Shown here: positions 31,326 through 42,038 of the stretch, piece after piece | Numbering within the stretch: the stretch's first letter is position 1 | How the letters are laid out: the number at the start of each line of letters is the position of its first letter | Assembly (NCBI GenBank): GCA_965215125.1 | Contig: OZ244052.1 | Span: forward strand, 960,001 to 1,024,000 | Source: an uncultured candidatus Porisulfidus sp. | Lineage (GTDB): Bacteria; Pseudomonadota; Gammaproteobacteria; Poriferisulfidales; Oxydemutatoraceae | Reading direction: 5' to 3' | Length of the DNA: 64,000 nucleotides | Translations under genes and position numbers: made by a program | The notes under the pieces: model-generated | Told to the model about the DNA's origin: nothing | Seen by the model: the letters and a program-made list of their open reading frames with translations, nothing else | Databases searched by the model: none

Positions 31326-31838
31326 ATGGAAAATATCGAGAACGCAGACAACTTAACGATTGAAACTATTTATAAAATGGTGCTTGAAATGAAGTCAAAG
31401 CTGGACTTTCTAGAATCGGAAACGCATGCCCCACAATCTGACAAGGCAGGTTTATACATGGAAAGTATAGATCTAAGACTAAGCAATGTTGATGCTGACA
31501 TCGTAGATGTGAAAACCGATATAGCAGTTATGAAATCTGAGATGGAAGATATAAAACTAAGACTAAGCAAAGTTGAAGCCGATATCGTAGACATGAAAGC
31601 TGAAATGGTAGTTATGAAAACCGAGATAGCGGTTATAAAAGCCGATATAGAAAGCATGAAACTGAAACTAAGCAAGGTTGAAACCGACATCGCAGAAATG
31701 AGAAAGGACATTGCAGACATCAAAGCAGAACAATTTAAATTCAGAGATGACATCTATAAATGGGGTTTAGCATTAGCCGCCAGCATTATTGTTTCGGTAA
31801 GTTCTATTGTTGGTTTGGTGGTGATTTTTGCAAACTAA
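31326..31838 (+). CDS. Heptad-repeat coiled-coil TM protein, copy 2 (one extra heptad)
   Basis: Near-identical to 29036-29527, including ~205 bp of upstream DNA. Confidence 0.75.
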   Translation: MENIENADNLTIETIYKMVLEMKSKLDFLESETHAPQSDKAGLYMESIDLRLSNVDADIVDVKTDIAVMKSEMEDIKLRLSKVEADIVDMKAEMVVMKTEIAVIKADIESMKLKLSKVETDIAEMRKDIADIKAEQFKFRDDIYKWGLALAASIIVSVSSIVGLVVIFAN

Positions 31839-31850
31839 CTCCCAATCCAT

Positions 31851-32020
31851 AGCCTGACGGGGTGGTTGCAGAAATATCTGTACAAGGTGCAGTGCTGGTA
31901 CATTCCCCTCCTGTGGAGGGGTGGCCTATGCATTTTGCAATGCATGCGTTTAGCAGTCATGTTGAGGTTCTGAACGAAGTTACGCCGATTGACCTACTGG
32001 AGCAATCGGCGTTTCTATTT
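31851..32020 (+). repeat. Mosaic repeat upstream of dsrL
   Basis: Module A halves and module C. Confidence 0.8.
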
Positions 32021-32089
32021 TCCAATAAACCCATATATAATAACCAGTTTGATATTCGCAATTCTTAACAGCAACGCAAGGAGCATAAA

Positions 32090-34060
32090 ATGACAGCAGC
32101 AGAGAAACAGGAAAGTTTAGAAACACAGGAAGAACAGAAACTAACTTTTAGGCGTTATGAAGACGGCGACCATAAGTGGGATAACTTCTCCAGCCAAATA
32201 TTCAGTGCCGACCACTCGCCTAAATGCCCGACCTACGTACATAGAACACCACCGTGCCAAGGTAGCTGCCCCTCGGGCGAGGATATTCGTGGCTGGCTTG
32301 CCATTGTCCGCGGCATAGAAAAACCACCCGAAGGCACCTCAATGCAAGAATATGCATTTGAACGCTCGACAACCGCCAACCCCTTCCCGTCGATGATGGG
32401 ACGAGTGTGTCCGGCACCGTGCCAAGACGGCTGCAACCGCAACCATGTAGAAGACTTCGTAGGCATCAATGCGGTTGAACAATATATAGGCGACACCGCA
32501 ATAGAACAAGACTTTAAGTTTGACTGCGACCTCCCGTTGGGCGACAAAAAAGTCGCAATCATAGGTGGCGGCCCTGCCGGTCTCTCGGCAGCATACCAAC
32601 TACGCCGCAGAGGCTACGGTAGCACCATCTTCGACGAACACGAAGAACTCGGCGGCATGATGCGCTACGGCATCCCCGGCTATAGAACCCCTCGCAAACT
32701 ATTGGATGCCGAGATCCAACGCATCCTAGATATGGGCGGCATAGACACCCGTATGTCCACCCGAGTCGGCAAAGATGCCAGCGTTGAAGATATAGAAAAA
32801 GAGTTTGATGCAATTATCTGGTGCTTGGGTTGCCAAGTCGGTCGCGCCCTGCCGGTGCCGGGTGGCGACGCACCGAACTGCGTTAGCGGTGTGAAGTTTT
32901 TGGAAGCCTTTAACGAAGGACGGCTACATGTCACATCCGATAAAGTCATTTGCGTAGGCGGCGGCGATACCTCTATAGATGTAGTCTCGGTGGCACGTCG
33001 TTTGGGCAAAATAGAAAGACTTTCCGGCAAGCAACGCCCCGAACACATCATCGGCGGCTATACCGCACACGACTCCGCCTTTGCCGCAGCACGCGAAGGT
33101 GCCGAAGTGACCCTGACCTCGCTATTCTCCCAAAAGGAAATGACCGCAAGCGAACACGAAGTGGAAGATGCCCTAAAAGAAGGTGTTACTATTCTCGACG
33201 GCGTGATGCCCGTAGAAGTAATCTTGGCGGATAACGGCAAAGCCTCTAAATTGAGAATGGCAAAATGCGAAATGCAAGACGGCAAGCCCACACCGATAGA
33301 AGGCACCGAATTTGAAATAGAATGTGACCTCATCGTCTCGGCAATCGGACAAGGCGGCGACCTCGAAGGCTTGGAAGAATTCGACAACGGGCGCGGACTG
33401 ATGGATGTAGATAAATTCTATGCACTGCCCGACAAAGAAGGACACTTCGCTGCCGGCGACATTATCCGCCCGCACCTGCTGACTACGGCAATCGGACAAG
33501 CCTCTATTGCCGTTGAAGGCGTAGACTACTACCTGCGCCAAGGCGAAATGAAAAAACGACCCAAAGTAGATGTGCATCACTTTGACCTGCTCGCCAAACT
33601 TAGAGAAAACGGCCTTGACCCGACCTCGTTTGAAGGCGGCGAACCCCGCGGCACCGATGCTTCCGATTTCTCGGTGCATAACTACGAAGACCGCTCGGCA
33701 CAAGAAATCGCCTCTTACGAGAAACTATTCCTCGCACACTTCCCCTACACCCCCCGCTACCAACGCAAAACCTGCGGACCCGACGAGGAACAAGTGCTCG
33801 GACACTTCGAGGAACGCGTCATCGGCTTGAACGAGGAAGAAGCAGTCAAAGAAGCCGAACGCTGTATGAGCTGCGGCATGTGCTTTGAATGTGATAACTG
33901 TGTCGTATTCTGCCCCCAAGACGCAGTCTACAGAGTGGACAAAACAAAACAAACCCTCGGCCGCTATGTAGACACCTACTACGACCGCTGCATCGGCTGC
34001 CACATCTGCGCCGATGTCTGCCCCACCGGTTACATTGATATGGCATTGGGGGATCATTAA
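32090..34060 (+). CDS. dsrL: DsrL NAD(P)H:acceptor oxidoreductase
   Basis: HSPKCPTYVHRTPPCQGSCPSG, GGGDTSIDV, C-terminal ferredoxin CIGCHICADVCP. Confidence 0.95.
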   Translation: MTAAEKQESLETQEEQKLTFRRYEDGDHKWDNFSSQIFSADHSPKCPTYVHRTPPCQGSCPSGEDIRGWLAIVRGIEKPPEGTSMQEYAFERSTTANPFPSMMGRVCPAPCQDGCNRNHVEDFVGINAVEQYIGDTAIEQDFKFDCDLPLGDKKVAIIGGGPAGLSAAYQLRRRGYGSTIFDEHEELGGMMRYGIPGYRTPRKLLDAEIQRILDMGGIDTRMSTRVGKDASVEDIEKEFDAIIWCLGCQVGRALPVPGGDAPNCVSGVKFLEAFNEGRLHVTSDKVICVGGGDTSIDVVSVARRLGKIERLSGKQRPEHIIGGYTAHDSAFAAAREGAEVTLTSLFSQKEMTASEHEVEDALKEGVTILDGVMPVEVILADNGKASKLRMAKCEMQDGKPTPIEGTEFEIECDLIVSAIGQGGDLEGLEEFDNGRGLMDVDKFYALPDKEGHFAAGDIIRPHLLTTAIGQASIAVEGVDYYLRQGEMKKRPKVDVHHFDLLAKLRENGLDPTSFEGGEPRGTDASDFSVHNYEDRSAQEIASYEKLFLAHFPYTPRYQRKTCGPDEEQVLGHFEERVIGLNEEEAVKEAERCMSCGMCFECDNCVVFCPQDAVYRVDKTKQTLGRYVDTYYDRCIGCHICADVCPTGYIDMALGDH

Positions 34061-34078
34061 ACGAAGGGGTAAAAATAC

Positions 34079-34100
34079 AAACACACCGCTTGGTGTGTTT
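34079..34100 (+). terminator. Hairpin after dsrL
   Basis: AAACACACC-GCTT-GGTGTGTTT. Confidence 0.5.
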
Positions 34101-34201
34101 GGGGATCAGGCGGTAGCGAGTTTATCGGGTGGTGGCATAATATCTGCGTACCAAGCACTGTAGATGTAAACATCTATAGCTAAAGACTTGAGAATATAGG
34201 T

Positions 34202-35191
34202 ATGGCAAATCAGAATTTGCGAAAAGCAAGAGCTAACAAAAAAGATGAGTTCTACACTCAGCTACCAGATATAGAAAAAGAACTCCAACATTATAAAGAG
34301 CATTTTCAGGGTAAAGTTGTCTATTGCAACTGCGATGATCCGAAAGTAAGTAATTTTTTTCATTATTTCTCATACAACTTTGAGAGTCTTGGTTTGAAAA
34401 AGCTTATTACAACATGTTACAAAAGTAAATATCAGGATATGTTTAGTAAAAACGATTCGGAACAAGCTATCTGGTTAGAATATGAAGGTGATAAGAACAA
34501 AAACAAAATTCCGGATCCGGAAGAGATTGGTATTTTCCCATTAAAAAGTGACGGGGACTTTCGTAGCAAAGAATGCATTGATCTTTTGAAACAAGCTGAC
34601 ATCATTTGCACGAATCCACCTTTTTCGCTGTTTCGGGAATATATTGCCCAGCTGATTGAGTATGATAAGCAGTTCCTTATAATTGGGAATATGAATGCTA
34701 CAATTTATAAGGAAATTTTTCCCTTAATACAAAACAATCAAATCTGGCTTGGGCCGAGCATAAAAAGTGGAGACAGAGAATTTGGGGTTCCTGACTATTA
34801 CCCTCTAAAAGCTGCTTCATCAAGGATTGATAAGAATGGCAATAAGTTTATTCGAGTCAAAGGTGTCCGATGGTTCACTAACCTTGACCATGCACAACGA
34901 CATGAAGAGCTAATTTTATTCAGGAAATATACACTTGAGGAATACCCTCACTATGATAATTACGATGCTATTAATGTTGATAAAACTAAAGACACCCCAT
35001 GTGATTGGGTCGGTATAATGGGCGTACCAATTACATTTCTCGATAAATATAATCCAGATCAGTTTGAACTGTTAGGCATAATGAACACAGGTGAAGAGAA
35101 TGAAGGAATTAGACATAAGGGAACGCCACATGGTAGGCCTCTTGTGAACGGAGTTGAGAAATACCTGCGTATTTTAATTAGAAAAAAGTAA
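34202..35191 (+). CDS. Adenine-specific methyltransferase, EcoRI family
   Basis: DEFYT, YCNCDDP, GDFRS, TNPPFSLFREY. Confidence 0.9.
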   Translation: MANQNLRKARANKKDEFYTQLPDIEKELQHYKEHFQGKVVYCNCDDPKVSNFFHYFSYNFESLGLKKLITTCYKSKYQDMFSKNDSEQAIWLEYEGDKNKNKIPDPEEIGIFPLKSDGDFRSKECIDLLKQADIICTNPPFSLFREYIAQLIEYDKQFLIIGNMNATIYKEIFPLIQNNQIWLGPSIKSGDREFGVPDYYPLKAASSRIDKNGNKFIRVKGVRWFTNLDHAQRHEELILFRKYTLEEYPHYDNYDAINVDKTKDTPCDWVGIMGVPITFLDKYNPDQFELLGIMNTGEENEGIRHKGTPHGRPLVNGVEKYLRILIRKK

Positions 35192-35226
35192 AAAGTTAAA
35201 ATTAACCTGAGAGAGGTCAAAAAGCA

Positions 35227-36309
35227 ATGAAAATAGAGCTCAAAGAAATAACGGTGCGAGAACTCGTTGATGGCTATAGCGACAACGGCGAGGAAGGTGT
35301 AGTTGGTTATTCAGGGAAACTTGATATTCGTCCCCCTTACCAAAGGGAGTTTGTGTACGACGACAAGCAAAGAGATGCTGTCATTGATACCATAACCAAA
35401 GATTTTCCTTTGAATGTGATGTATTGGGCAGTCCGAGACAACGACACCTACGAGATTATTGACGGACAGCAACGCACGGTTTCTGTTGCCCGGTATGTGA
35501 ATGGGGATTTTTCATTCAATAAACTATATTTCCATAACCTGCCGGACGACAAGCAAAACCAAATACTTGATTATAAAATCATGGTCTATTTTTGCAGAGG
35601 AACGGATAGTGAAAGACTCGAATGGTTTAAGACTATTAATATTGCAGGCGCACAGTTAACCGATCAAGAATTGCGCAACGCAGTCTATGCAGGCTCATGG
35701 GTCTCGGACGCTAAAAGATATTTTAGTAAAAGCAATTGTCCTGCGCATGGAATGGGAGGAGACTATCTTAGTGGAAGATCTAATAGGCAAGAATATTTAC
35801 AAGCAGTTATTAAGTGGATAAGCAAAGATAACATTGAAGAGTACATGGCGCAACACCACCACAATCCCGATGCCAAAGAATTGTGGGAGTATTTCCAAAA
35901 AGTGATTGATTGGCTCGAAAGCGTTTTCATAAAGAAACGGCGCGAAATGAAATCAGTAGAATGGGGTGACTTGTATAATGAACACAAGAACATAAATGTT
36001 GACCCAGAAAAAGTTGAAGCAGAAGTGGTGAAACTTCTGTGCGATGATGATGTGACCAAGAAATCAGGGATATATCCGTATATTCTTTCTCGTAAAGAAA
36101 AACATCTTAACATCCGAGCTTTTACTCCCGCAATGAAGCGAACAGCATACGAAAAACAAGCCGGCATTTGTGTCACCTGTAAAAAGCATTTTGAATTTTC
36201 TGATATGCAAGGCGACCATATAACCCCATGGATTGAGGGAGGCAAAACCACTCCCGAGAACTGTCAAATGCTATGCAAAGAATGCAACCGCCGCAAATCC
36301 TCAAACTAA
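35227..36309 (+). CDS. DUF262 (GmrS-like) plus C-terminal HNH endonuclease
   Basis: RPPYQREF, DGQQR, CxxC...DHITPW..GG.T...NCQMLCxxCN. Confidence 0.9.
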   Translation: MKIELKEITVRELVDGYSDNGEEGVVGYSGKLDIRPPYQREFVYDDKQRDAVIDTITKDFPLNVMYWAVRDNDTYEIIDGQQRTVSVARYVNGDFSFNKLYFHNLPDDKQNQILDYKIMVYFCRGTDSERLEWFKTINIAGAQLTDQELRNAVYAGSWVSDAKRYFSKSNCPAHGMGGDYLSGRSNRQEYLQAVIKWISKDNIEEYMAQHHHNPDAKELWEYFQKVIDWLESVFIKKRREMKSVEWGDLYNEHKNINVDPEKVEAEVVKLLCDDDVTKKSGIYPYILSRKEKHLNIRAFTPAMKRTAYEKQAGICVTCKKHFEFSDMQGDHITPWIEGGKTTPENCQMLCKECNRRKSSN

Positions 36310-36402
36310 CCCCACAACACCCTCCCTTTGAACAAGAATCTTAAAAAACAGTATGAAAACTCTCTCTGAGTGTGACACTAAAAATGTTGTAAAGTTATAA
36401 AG

Positions 36403-39400
36403 ATGGCAAAAAATAATTTTATTGACAATTTACGTGAAAAGGCCAGAAAAAAATTAGAGAATGTTATTGACGATCCCAATGTAAAACTAACATTTTTTAT
36501 TGGTAATGGTCTCTCTCGTATTTCAGAAATTTTATCTTGGAAAGATTTGGCAGATGAAATGCTTAAAACACTTTCTAAGTATGAGATTATTGACCTGAAC
36601 CAACAATCTTTATTTTCAAAACTACCTGTGAAAACAAAAATATCTATTGCCGATGCTTATTTACGCAACAAGGAGTTACTAAAAAAAACAGTAAAAGATG
36701 AAGGAAAGAGAAAAGAACTTACATATCATGGAATTATTAAAAAAAACTACAAACTCTCCTCTAATGACCCTTATAAAAAACTTGCTGAACTTGCTAAATC
36801 AGATAGGCATACTATAAAAAGTTTTGTGACAACTAATTATGATTTGATGTTGGAAAAATCCCTAGAGCGAGAGGATCTTCTTTTAGATATATTCCCAAAA
36901 TCTTCGCAAGATACACCCTCAATGCTTTCTGACGATGGCAAGTTTTATCCTTTTTACAATCCAGACGAGTTTCTGGAAAAACGATCTCAAATTAACCGAA
37001 AGATTTTATTGTATTTGCACGGCTCAATAAAAAACGAGTCTAAAATGAAAGTATCTATATCAGATTACCTATATTTATATCGTTCATTAGATGGCAAAAA
37101 TCTAATGCAAGACTTACTCAGCAAGGCTTTAAGTAGACAGACAATAATTTTTATGGGTTATTCACTAGACGAGCTAGAAATTTTAGAATTGTTATACCGG
37201 AATGTATTAAATCCTAGTGTTCCTCATTTTCATTTATTTCCTTATTTTTCGCATCAGGTAGAAATACTAAATCAGCTGGTAGAACACTGGAGGGAACTTG
37301 GTATTACAATTGTTCCTTATAATGTTGACAAAAACTGGCATAAAGGAATTAATGAGATTATAGACGAGATAAAAACATGGATTGAGCAGAGAAAAGCTAG
37401 ACCACAATTATCAAGGATTGGGGATCTAGATATGATAGACAATTTAATTAAGATTGTTCTAACTGAAGTAGAAAAATCAGAAAAGATTAAACAACTGCTA
37501 AAACTTCTTCAGAAGAATGAAAGGAACAAAATTTACTTTTTCAAAGAAATCAGAGGGTCAGAATGGTTCTCTTTCTTAAAAAAGTATAGGTTATTTGAAA
37601 TTACAGATAACAATATAAGGAAATCTCACCCATGGCCTCCGATTTTTTATTTAGAACATCTGGCGAATATGGTAAGCGAAAAAAAACTATCAGATCCCGA
37701 TATAATCAAAGATTTGGTGCCGCTTATCACGGATAATTTTAGCAAACTAGAACATATTCCAAATTCTGATCATATTAGACCTACGGTAGTTGAAATTTTA
37801 TTTTCTATGCCTCACCGTTATTTAAGTGTTGACGATGTTATTAAAGCATTTGATTATCTTAAAGGGTTTGCAAAAAGTCGCTCCATCAGTATTTATTTGC
37901 AAAATGCCTTTAAGAAGCTAGCTAATAAACTAGATAACACCGAACATTCAAAAAATATCGTATGCAAATATATAGAGTTAATATTCGGCTACCAAAAAAC
38001 CAAGGACGAAATGTCTAGAGAAGAATACAAACTTTCGTATTTTGAGGGATATAATTTTGAACGGGATAGACTTAAAAAACTTGAAGAACAAATAGATCAG
38101 CTTAGTGAAAAAAATGAAGGATTAATTGCAAGCCTGATTACAATTTTTGATAAGAAGCTGAATACGCTTTTGACTGAAGATGAGGAATTAGATGGATCAA
38201 GTGGTCATTTGAGACCGGCAGTTAAAGAACACTATCAAAACAGACATAACGATAGTGCTTTCTCTTTATTTTTAGGGATATTATTTTTCTTATCGGCACG
38301 ACAATTAGAAAATAAAGATGAACTTAGTAAACTAGATGAATGGGCTACATCCCTCTTTCTAACGTATAAAAGACTTTATCTGGCATTGGTAACAGAATTT
38401 CCGAAAATAATTTCTGTTAACCAATCATTTAAAGTCTTCATGTCCGAAAATTTTAATGGGATGAAGGGTGCTAAGTATGAAAGATATCATTATTTGAGGA
38501 AGTTCTATCCTAAATTCTCCGATGAGCAAAAAGAGAAAATTATAGATGCAATACTGTCTATAAGAAATGGCGAAAGAGAAACTACTATCCTAAAACAGTT
38601 AGGATGGCTTCGTGCGTTAAAAGGTTTGAAAAATGCCCCGGAAATACAGGAAAGACAGGAAAAATTAGAAGAGAAGTATAAAAAAATTACTGGTAGAGAA
38701 ATAACGAGTTGGATACTAGGACATCCCGAATTTTCCGATTCAAGATATTTTTATGGAGTACGAACTGTCCATATTATTTCTCCGTTATCAAAGGACAAGA
38801 TGTTTGCAATGGGACCCGATGAACTTATTGAATATCTAAAAGAACAGAAGTTTGATCCTGTAGAAGAATGGAAAAGACCTCGCAAGGCAGGGCTTGAGGA
38901 AAATCTAAAGCAATACATAAGGCATAAGTATTCTGATGCAACTACTATAGTAAATAATCTATTGGAACTAGATTACTCGTATGTTTCAAGTATCCTTGAT
39001 GGGTTAACGGAATTATGGACAGAAAGAAAGCATATTCCCTACGAACTAGCATTAGAAAAAATCAAAGATCTAGTTGGGAGCGAGACATTTACTAATCAGT
39101 TGAACGATGAAAATTTCAATATATATTCGATCATTTCTTCAATTTCTAAATTTATTGAAGCTGGTGCCAACAAAAATCATTTTTTTGAACATAAAACATA
39201 TAGGACATCTTATGAGATATTAAAAACTCTTTTTGAAAAAGTTAAGCCTGACCCGAATGCTAATTTTCGTGATGCATACATGCAGGCACTAAATGAACCT
39301 AGAGGCAAGATAATAGAAACATTAATCTACCTGACATGGTGGCAACATGAACATGAGGATAAAAAAAATGGGAATGAAAAAGAGGCAAGGCAAAATCTAA

Positions 39401-40335
39401 AAGACCTAATTACTCCTCAAATAGGAAAAGATGGAGAATTTTCTTTGCATGCACTGATAGGTGGGCAATCTGGATGGTTGTCACACATGTATGAAGACTG
39501 GTTTTATGAAAATTTAGACAGATTAGTTCCTTATGATGAAGAACAGAGCGATGAGTCTTCAAGTGCAAAATTATGGAAATCCTTTGTTCACGGTTTTGGT
39601 TATACCAGTCGTTATAATCCTGATGTGTACAAAAAATTAAGTAAAAAAGGTGTATTTAAGGCGTATTTAAGGCAAGAAAGAGAAAGAAAAGGAGCGGACT
39701 GGACGGGAAGTGATAGCCCTGAAAATAGAATTATTGACTTTGGTTTAATTGCTTATGTCGAGGGAGATGGTGAAGAATTGATTAATCTGATTCTTGAGGA
39801 CAAACAAGAGAGTGAATGGTCTTACTTATTTAATACTATTAATATCATTGCAGCTCTTTATGAAAAAAAGGAAGAATCGAGACGAGAGTATCGTATCAAG
39901 ATTGGTAAGCTACTCTGGAAAGTATTTGAGACAATAAAACCAACCGACGATAGCTGGAACAAATATTTTGTGAGTTTAGACTCTATGTTGGAATTATTTG
40001 ATGACCCTTCGGATGAATATGTAAGGACTATCGTTGAAATTGTCTCCAAACATGCCGAAGATGGCTGGCGTTTGTATAGAATTATTGATTATCTGCATGC
40101 ATATAAAGATAAGCATTGTAAACAAGTAGGAGAACTATATTGTGTAATGCTTGATAAAACTTCTTTTGCGCCTGTTTATCCAGAAGACAGAATACAAGAA
40201 ATATGCCAAAGCCTTAAAGAGGCTCAAGAAACAGAATTTCTTGAAACGATTTGTCATTTTTATGGGGAACGGACTGTCGATTGTTTCCCTATTAGAGAAA
40301 TTTGTGAATCATTGTTAGACAATGACCAGAACTAA
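36403..40335 (+). CDS. Large SIR2-domain protein (defence-associated-sirtuin-like)
   Basis: FIGNGLS, TTNYD, LHGS, FMGYSL; ~1000-aa helical C-terminus; AT-rich. Confidence 0.8.
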   Translation: MAKNNFIDNLREKARKKLENVIDDPNVKLTFFIGNGLSRISEILSWKDLADEMLKTLSKYEIIDLNQQSLFSKLPVKTKISIADAYLRNKELLKKTVKDEGKRKELTYHGIIKKNYKLSSNDPYKKLAELAKSDRHTIKSFVTTNYDLMLEKSLEREDLLLDIFPKSSQDTPSMLSDDGKFYPFYNPDEFLEKRSQINRKILLYLHGSIKNESKMKVSISDYLYLYRSLDGKNLMQDLLSKALSRQTIIFMGYSLDELEILELLYRNVLNPSVPHFHLFPYFSHQVEILNQLVEHWRELGITIVPYNVDKNWHKGINEIIDEIKTWIEQRKARPQLSRIGDLDMIDNLIKIVLTEVEKSEKIKQLLKLLQKNERNKIYFFKEIRGSEWFSFLKKYRLFEITDNNIRKSHPWPPIFYLEHLANMVSEKKLSDPDIIKDLVPLITDNFSKLEHIPNSDHIRPTVVEILFSMPHRYLSVDDVIKAFDYLKGFAKSRSISIYLQNAFKKLANKLDNTEHSKNIVCKYIELIFGYQKTKDEMSREEYKLSYFEGYNFERDRLKKLEEQIDQLSEKNEGLIASLITIFDKKLNTLLTEDEELDGSSGHLRPAVKEHYQNRHNDSAFSLFLGILFFLSARQLENKDELSKLDEWATSLFLTYKRLYLALVTEFPKIISVNQSFKVFMSENFNGMKGAKYERYHYLRKFYPKFSDEQKEKIIDAILSIRNGERETTILKQLGWLRALKGLKNAPEIQERQEKLEEKYKKITGREITSWILGHPEFSDSRYFYGVRTVHIISPLSKDKMFAMGPDELIEYLKEQKFDPVEEWKRPRKAGLEENLKQYIRHKYSDATTIVNNLLELDYSYVSSILDGLTELWTERKHIPYELALEKIKDLVGSETFTNQLNDENFNIYSIISSISKFIEAGANKNHFFEHKTYRTSYEILKTLFEKVKPDPNANFRDAYMQALNEPRGKIIETLIYLTWWQHEHEDKKNGNEKEARQNLKDLITPQIGKDGEFSLHALIGGQSGWLSHMYEDWFYENLDRLVPYDEEQSDESSSAKLWKSFVHGFGYTSRYNPDVYKKLSKKGVFKAYLRQERERKGADWTGSDSPENRIIDFGLIAYVEGDGEELINLILEDKQESEWSYLFNTINIIAALYEKKEESRREYRIKIGKLLWKVFETIKPTDDSWNKYFVSLDSMLELFDDPSDEYVRTIVEIVSKHAEDGWRLYRIIDYLHAYKDKHCKQVGELYCVMLDKTSFAPVYPEDRIQEICQSLKEAQETEFLETICHFYGERTVDCFPIREICESLLDNDQN

Positions 40336-40485
40336 AATGCCACAGAGTTTAACCTACTTGCAAACTGGTGTTTTATTGAAATGGAGACTAGTGGGTGAAA
40401 GAGGTCATAAAACCTTGCGTATTTTGCACGAACAGCAGCATGAAAACTAACTTTGCAGATGAGCCTAAAATGGGGTAACCACAAA

Positions 40486-40932
40486 TCAATTCTTATCTAA
40501 AAACTTGCTTATCTTGCGCCTTAGGCGGTCTATGTTTGATAATTCACATTCCCACACCACGATAGATTTCCAGCCCATGCGCCGTAATTTATCCCTGACC
40601 CGTTTGTCCCGCCGCCTATTACTTTCCAGCTTGGGTTTCCAAAAGCTTCGTCTGGATTTAGGCATTGTTCCTTTCGGGCAGTTCTCGTGTGCGTGCCAGA
40701 AGCATCCGTGAACGAAGATAGCTTTATTGAGTGATTTGAAAACCATGTCGGGACAGCCCGGCAATTCTTTGACATGTAGTCTATAGCGATAACCCATGCG
40801 GTGGGTTAATCTACGGACGGTGATTTCCGGTTTAGTGTCTTGGGTGCGCACTGATGCCATTAATTTACTTCTTTGAATTTTCGTTAGCGTGTCCATTGCC
40901 TCTGATGCCGTCATAACGGACGGACTTTTCAC
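40486..40932 (-). CDS. vsr: Very short patch repair endonuclease
   Basis: RS..M..V...DTKPE, FVHGCFWH.H, VVWEC. Confidence 0.93.
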   Translation of the reverse strand: MKSPSVMTASEAMDTLTKIQRSKLMASVRTQDTKPEITVRRLTHRMGYRYRLHVKELPGCPDMVFKSLNKAIFVHGCFWHAHENCPKGTMPKSRRSFWKPKLESNRRRDKRVRDKLRRMGWKSIVVWECELSNIDRLRRKISKFLDKN

Positions 40933-40967
40933 AAAACTATAGTGTTCTTACCCGGTAATACTTGATG

Positions 40968-42038
40968 TTAGAGTGGTGTCGACATGTGCTTTATGATTGT
41001 TGTTCCCAAAGCCTTCGCCAGTTTCGGCGGCACTGCGTTTCCGATCATGCGTTGTATGGCGGTACGGTTCGGGATTTCTTCCTGGGGGCAGAATTCGTAA
41101 TTTCTCGGGAAAGATTGTAGGAGCATGGCTTCTCTAAGTGTGATTGACCTGTCCTGTTCGGGATGCCCGAATCGCCCGTTTCCGATACCGGTGCAATGGG
41201 TTGTCATAGTCGGAGACGGCTTATCCCACCACATTCTGCCGTAGTTGCAACAGTAGCTTTGTCCCGAGATTTTCTTATGGCAATCCAATACCAAATTACT
41301 CGGCCAGTCACGTCGTGTGCCGCCGTCATGTTGAGTCATACGCATGCGTTCTAGGTTCAAGGGTGAGAGGTCGGGAGCGCAGTGCATACGATCCGTCGGA
41401 TCTTCTTCGCCTGCCTTCAGAGGTGGCAGCTTTTCTATGGCTCTACGCACCGTTTCCCATTGCTCGTCATTTCGGTATGTTCCGGCGGGAACCGAAATCT
41501 TGCCTAAGCGAGAGGCTAGTAAGACCAGCCGTTTGCGTGATTGCGGGACACCGTATTCGCAACAATTAATAATGTCCCAGTCAACATGATATTTGTTCTT
41601 TGTTAAAGTTGCGAGAAATTGATTAAACACAGCACTCCCTCGGCTCGCTAGTCCCGGAACATTCTCCATAGTAACGAATTCCGGTAATATTCCCTCTATA
41701 TAACGACCGAAATGTTTCAGCAAATCCCAGTCGTCATGAAGTTTTTTTTCTTTGGTGGTAAGTTGTGAAAACGGTTGGCACGGTGCGCAACCGGCTAAGA
41801 GTCTATATTGTCCGGTTGCGAATAGTCCGGCGATATCCGAGTGGTGATTGCGAGTTAAATCCCACTCGTAAAACCGAGATCCCGGATTATTTGTTTCGTA
41901 GGCATAGCGTGCCTGCCTGTCAATATCGATGCCTGCCGCTACTCGGATACCCGCTTTGCGCAACCCGTAGGTTAGACCGCCGGCACCGCAGAAAAGATCT
42001 ACGGCACTGATTCTCTTTGTAATCGTTCTTTTAGACAT
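40968..42038 (-). CDS. C5 DNA cytosine methyltransferase
   Basis: DLFCGAGG, PCQPFS, ENV, Q.RKR, IGNAVPP. Confidence 0.93.
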   Translation of the reverse strand: MSKRTITKRISAVDLFCGAGGLTYGLRKAGIRVAAGIDIDRQARYAYETNNPGSRFYEWDLTRNHHSDIAGLFATGQYRLLAGCAPCQPFSQLTTKEKKLHDDWDLLKHFGRYIEGILPEFVTMENVPGLASRGSAVFNQFLATLTKNKYHVDWDIINCCEYGVPQSRKRLVLLASRLGKISVPAGTYRNDEQWETVRRAIEKLPPLKAGEEDPTDRMHCAPDLSPLNLERMRMTQHDGGTRRDWPSNLVLDCHKKISGQSYCCNYGRMWWDKPSPTMTTHCTGIGNGRFGHPEQDRSITLREAMLLQSFPRNYEFCPQEEIPNRTAIQRMIGNAVPPKLAKALGTTIIKHMSTPL

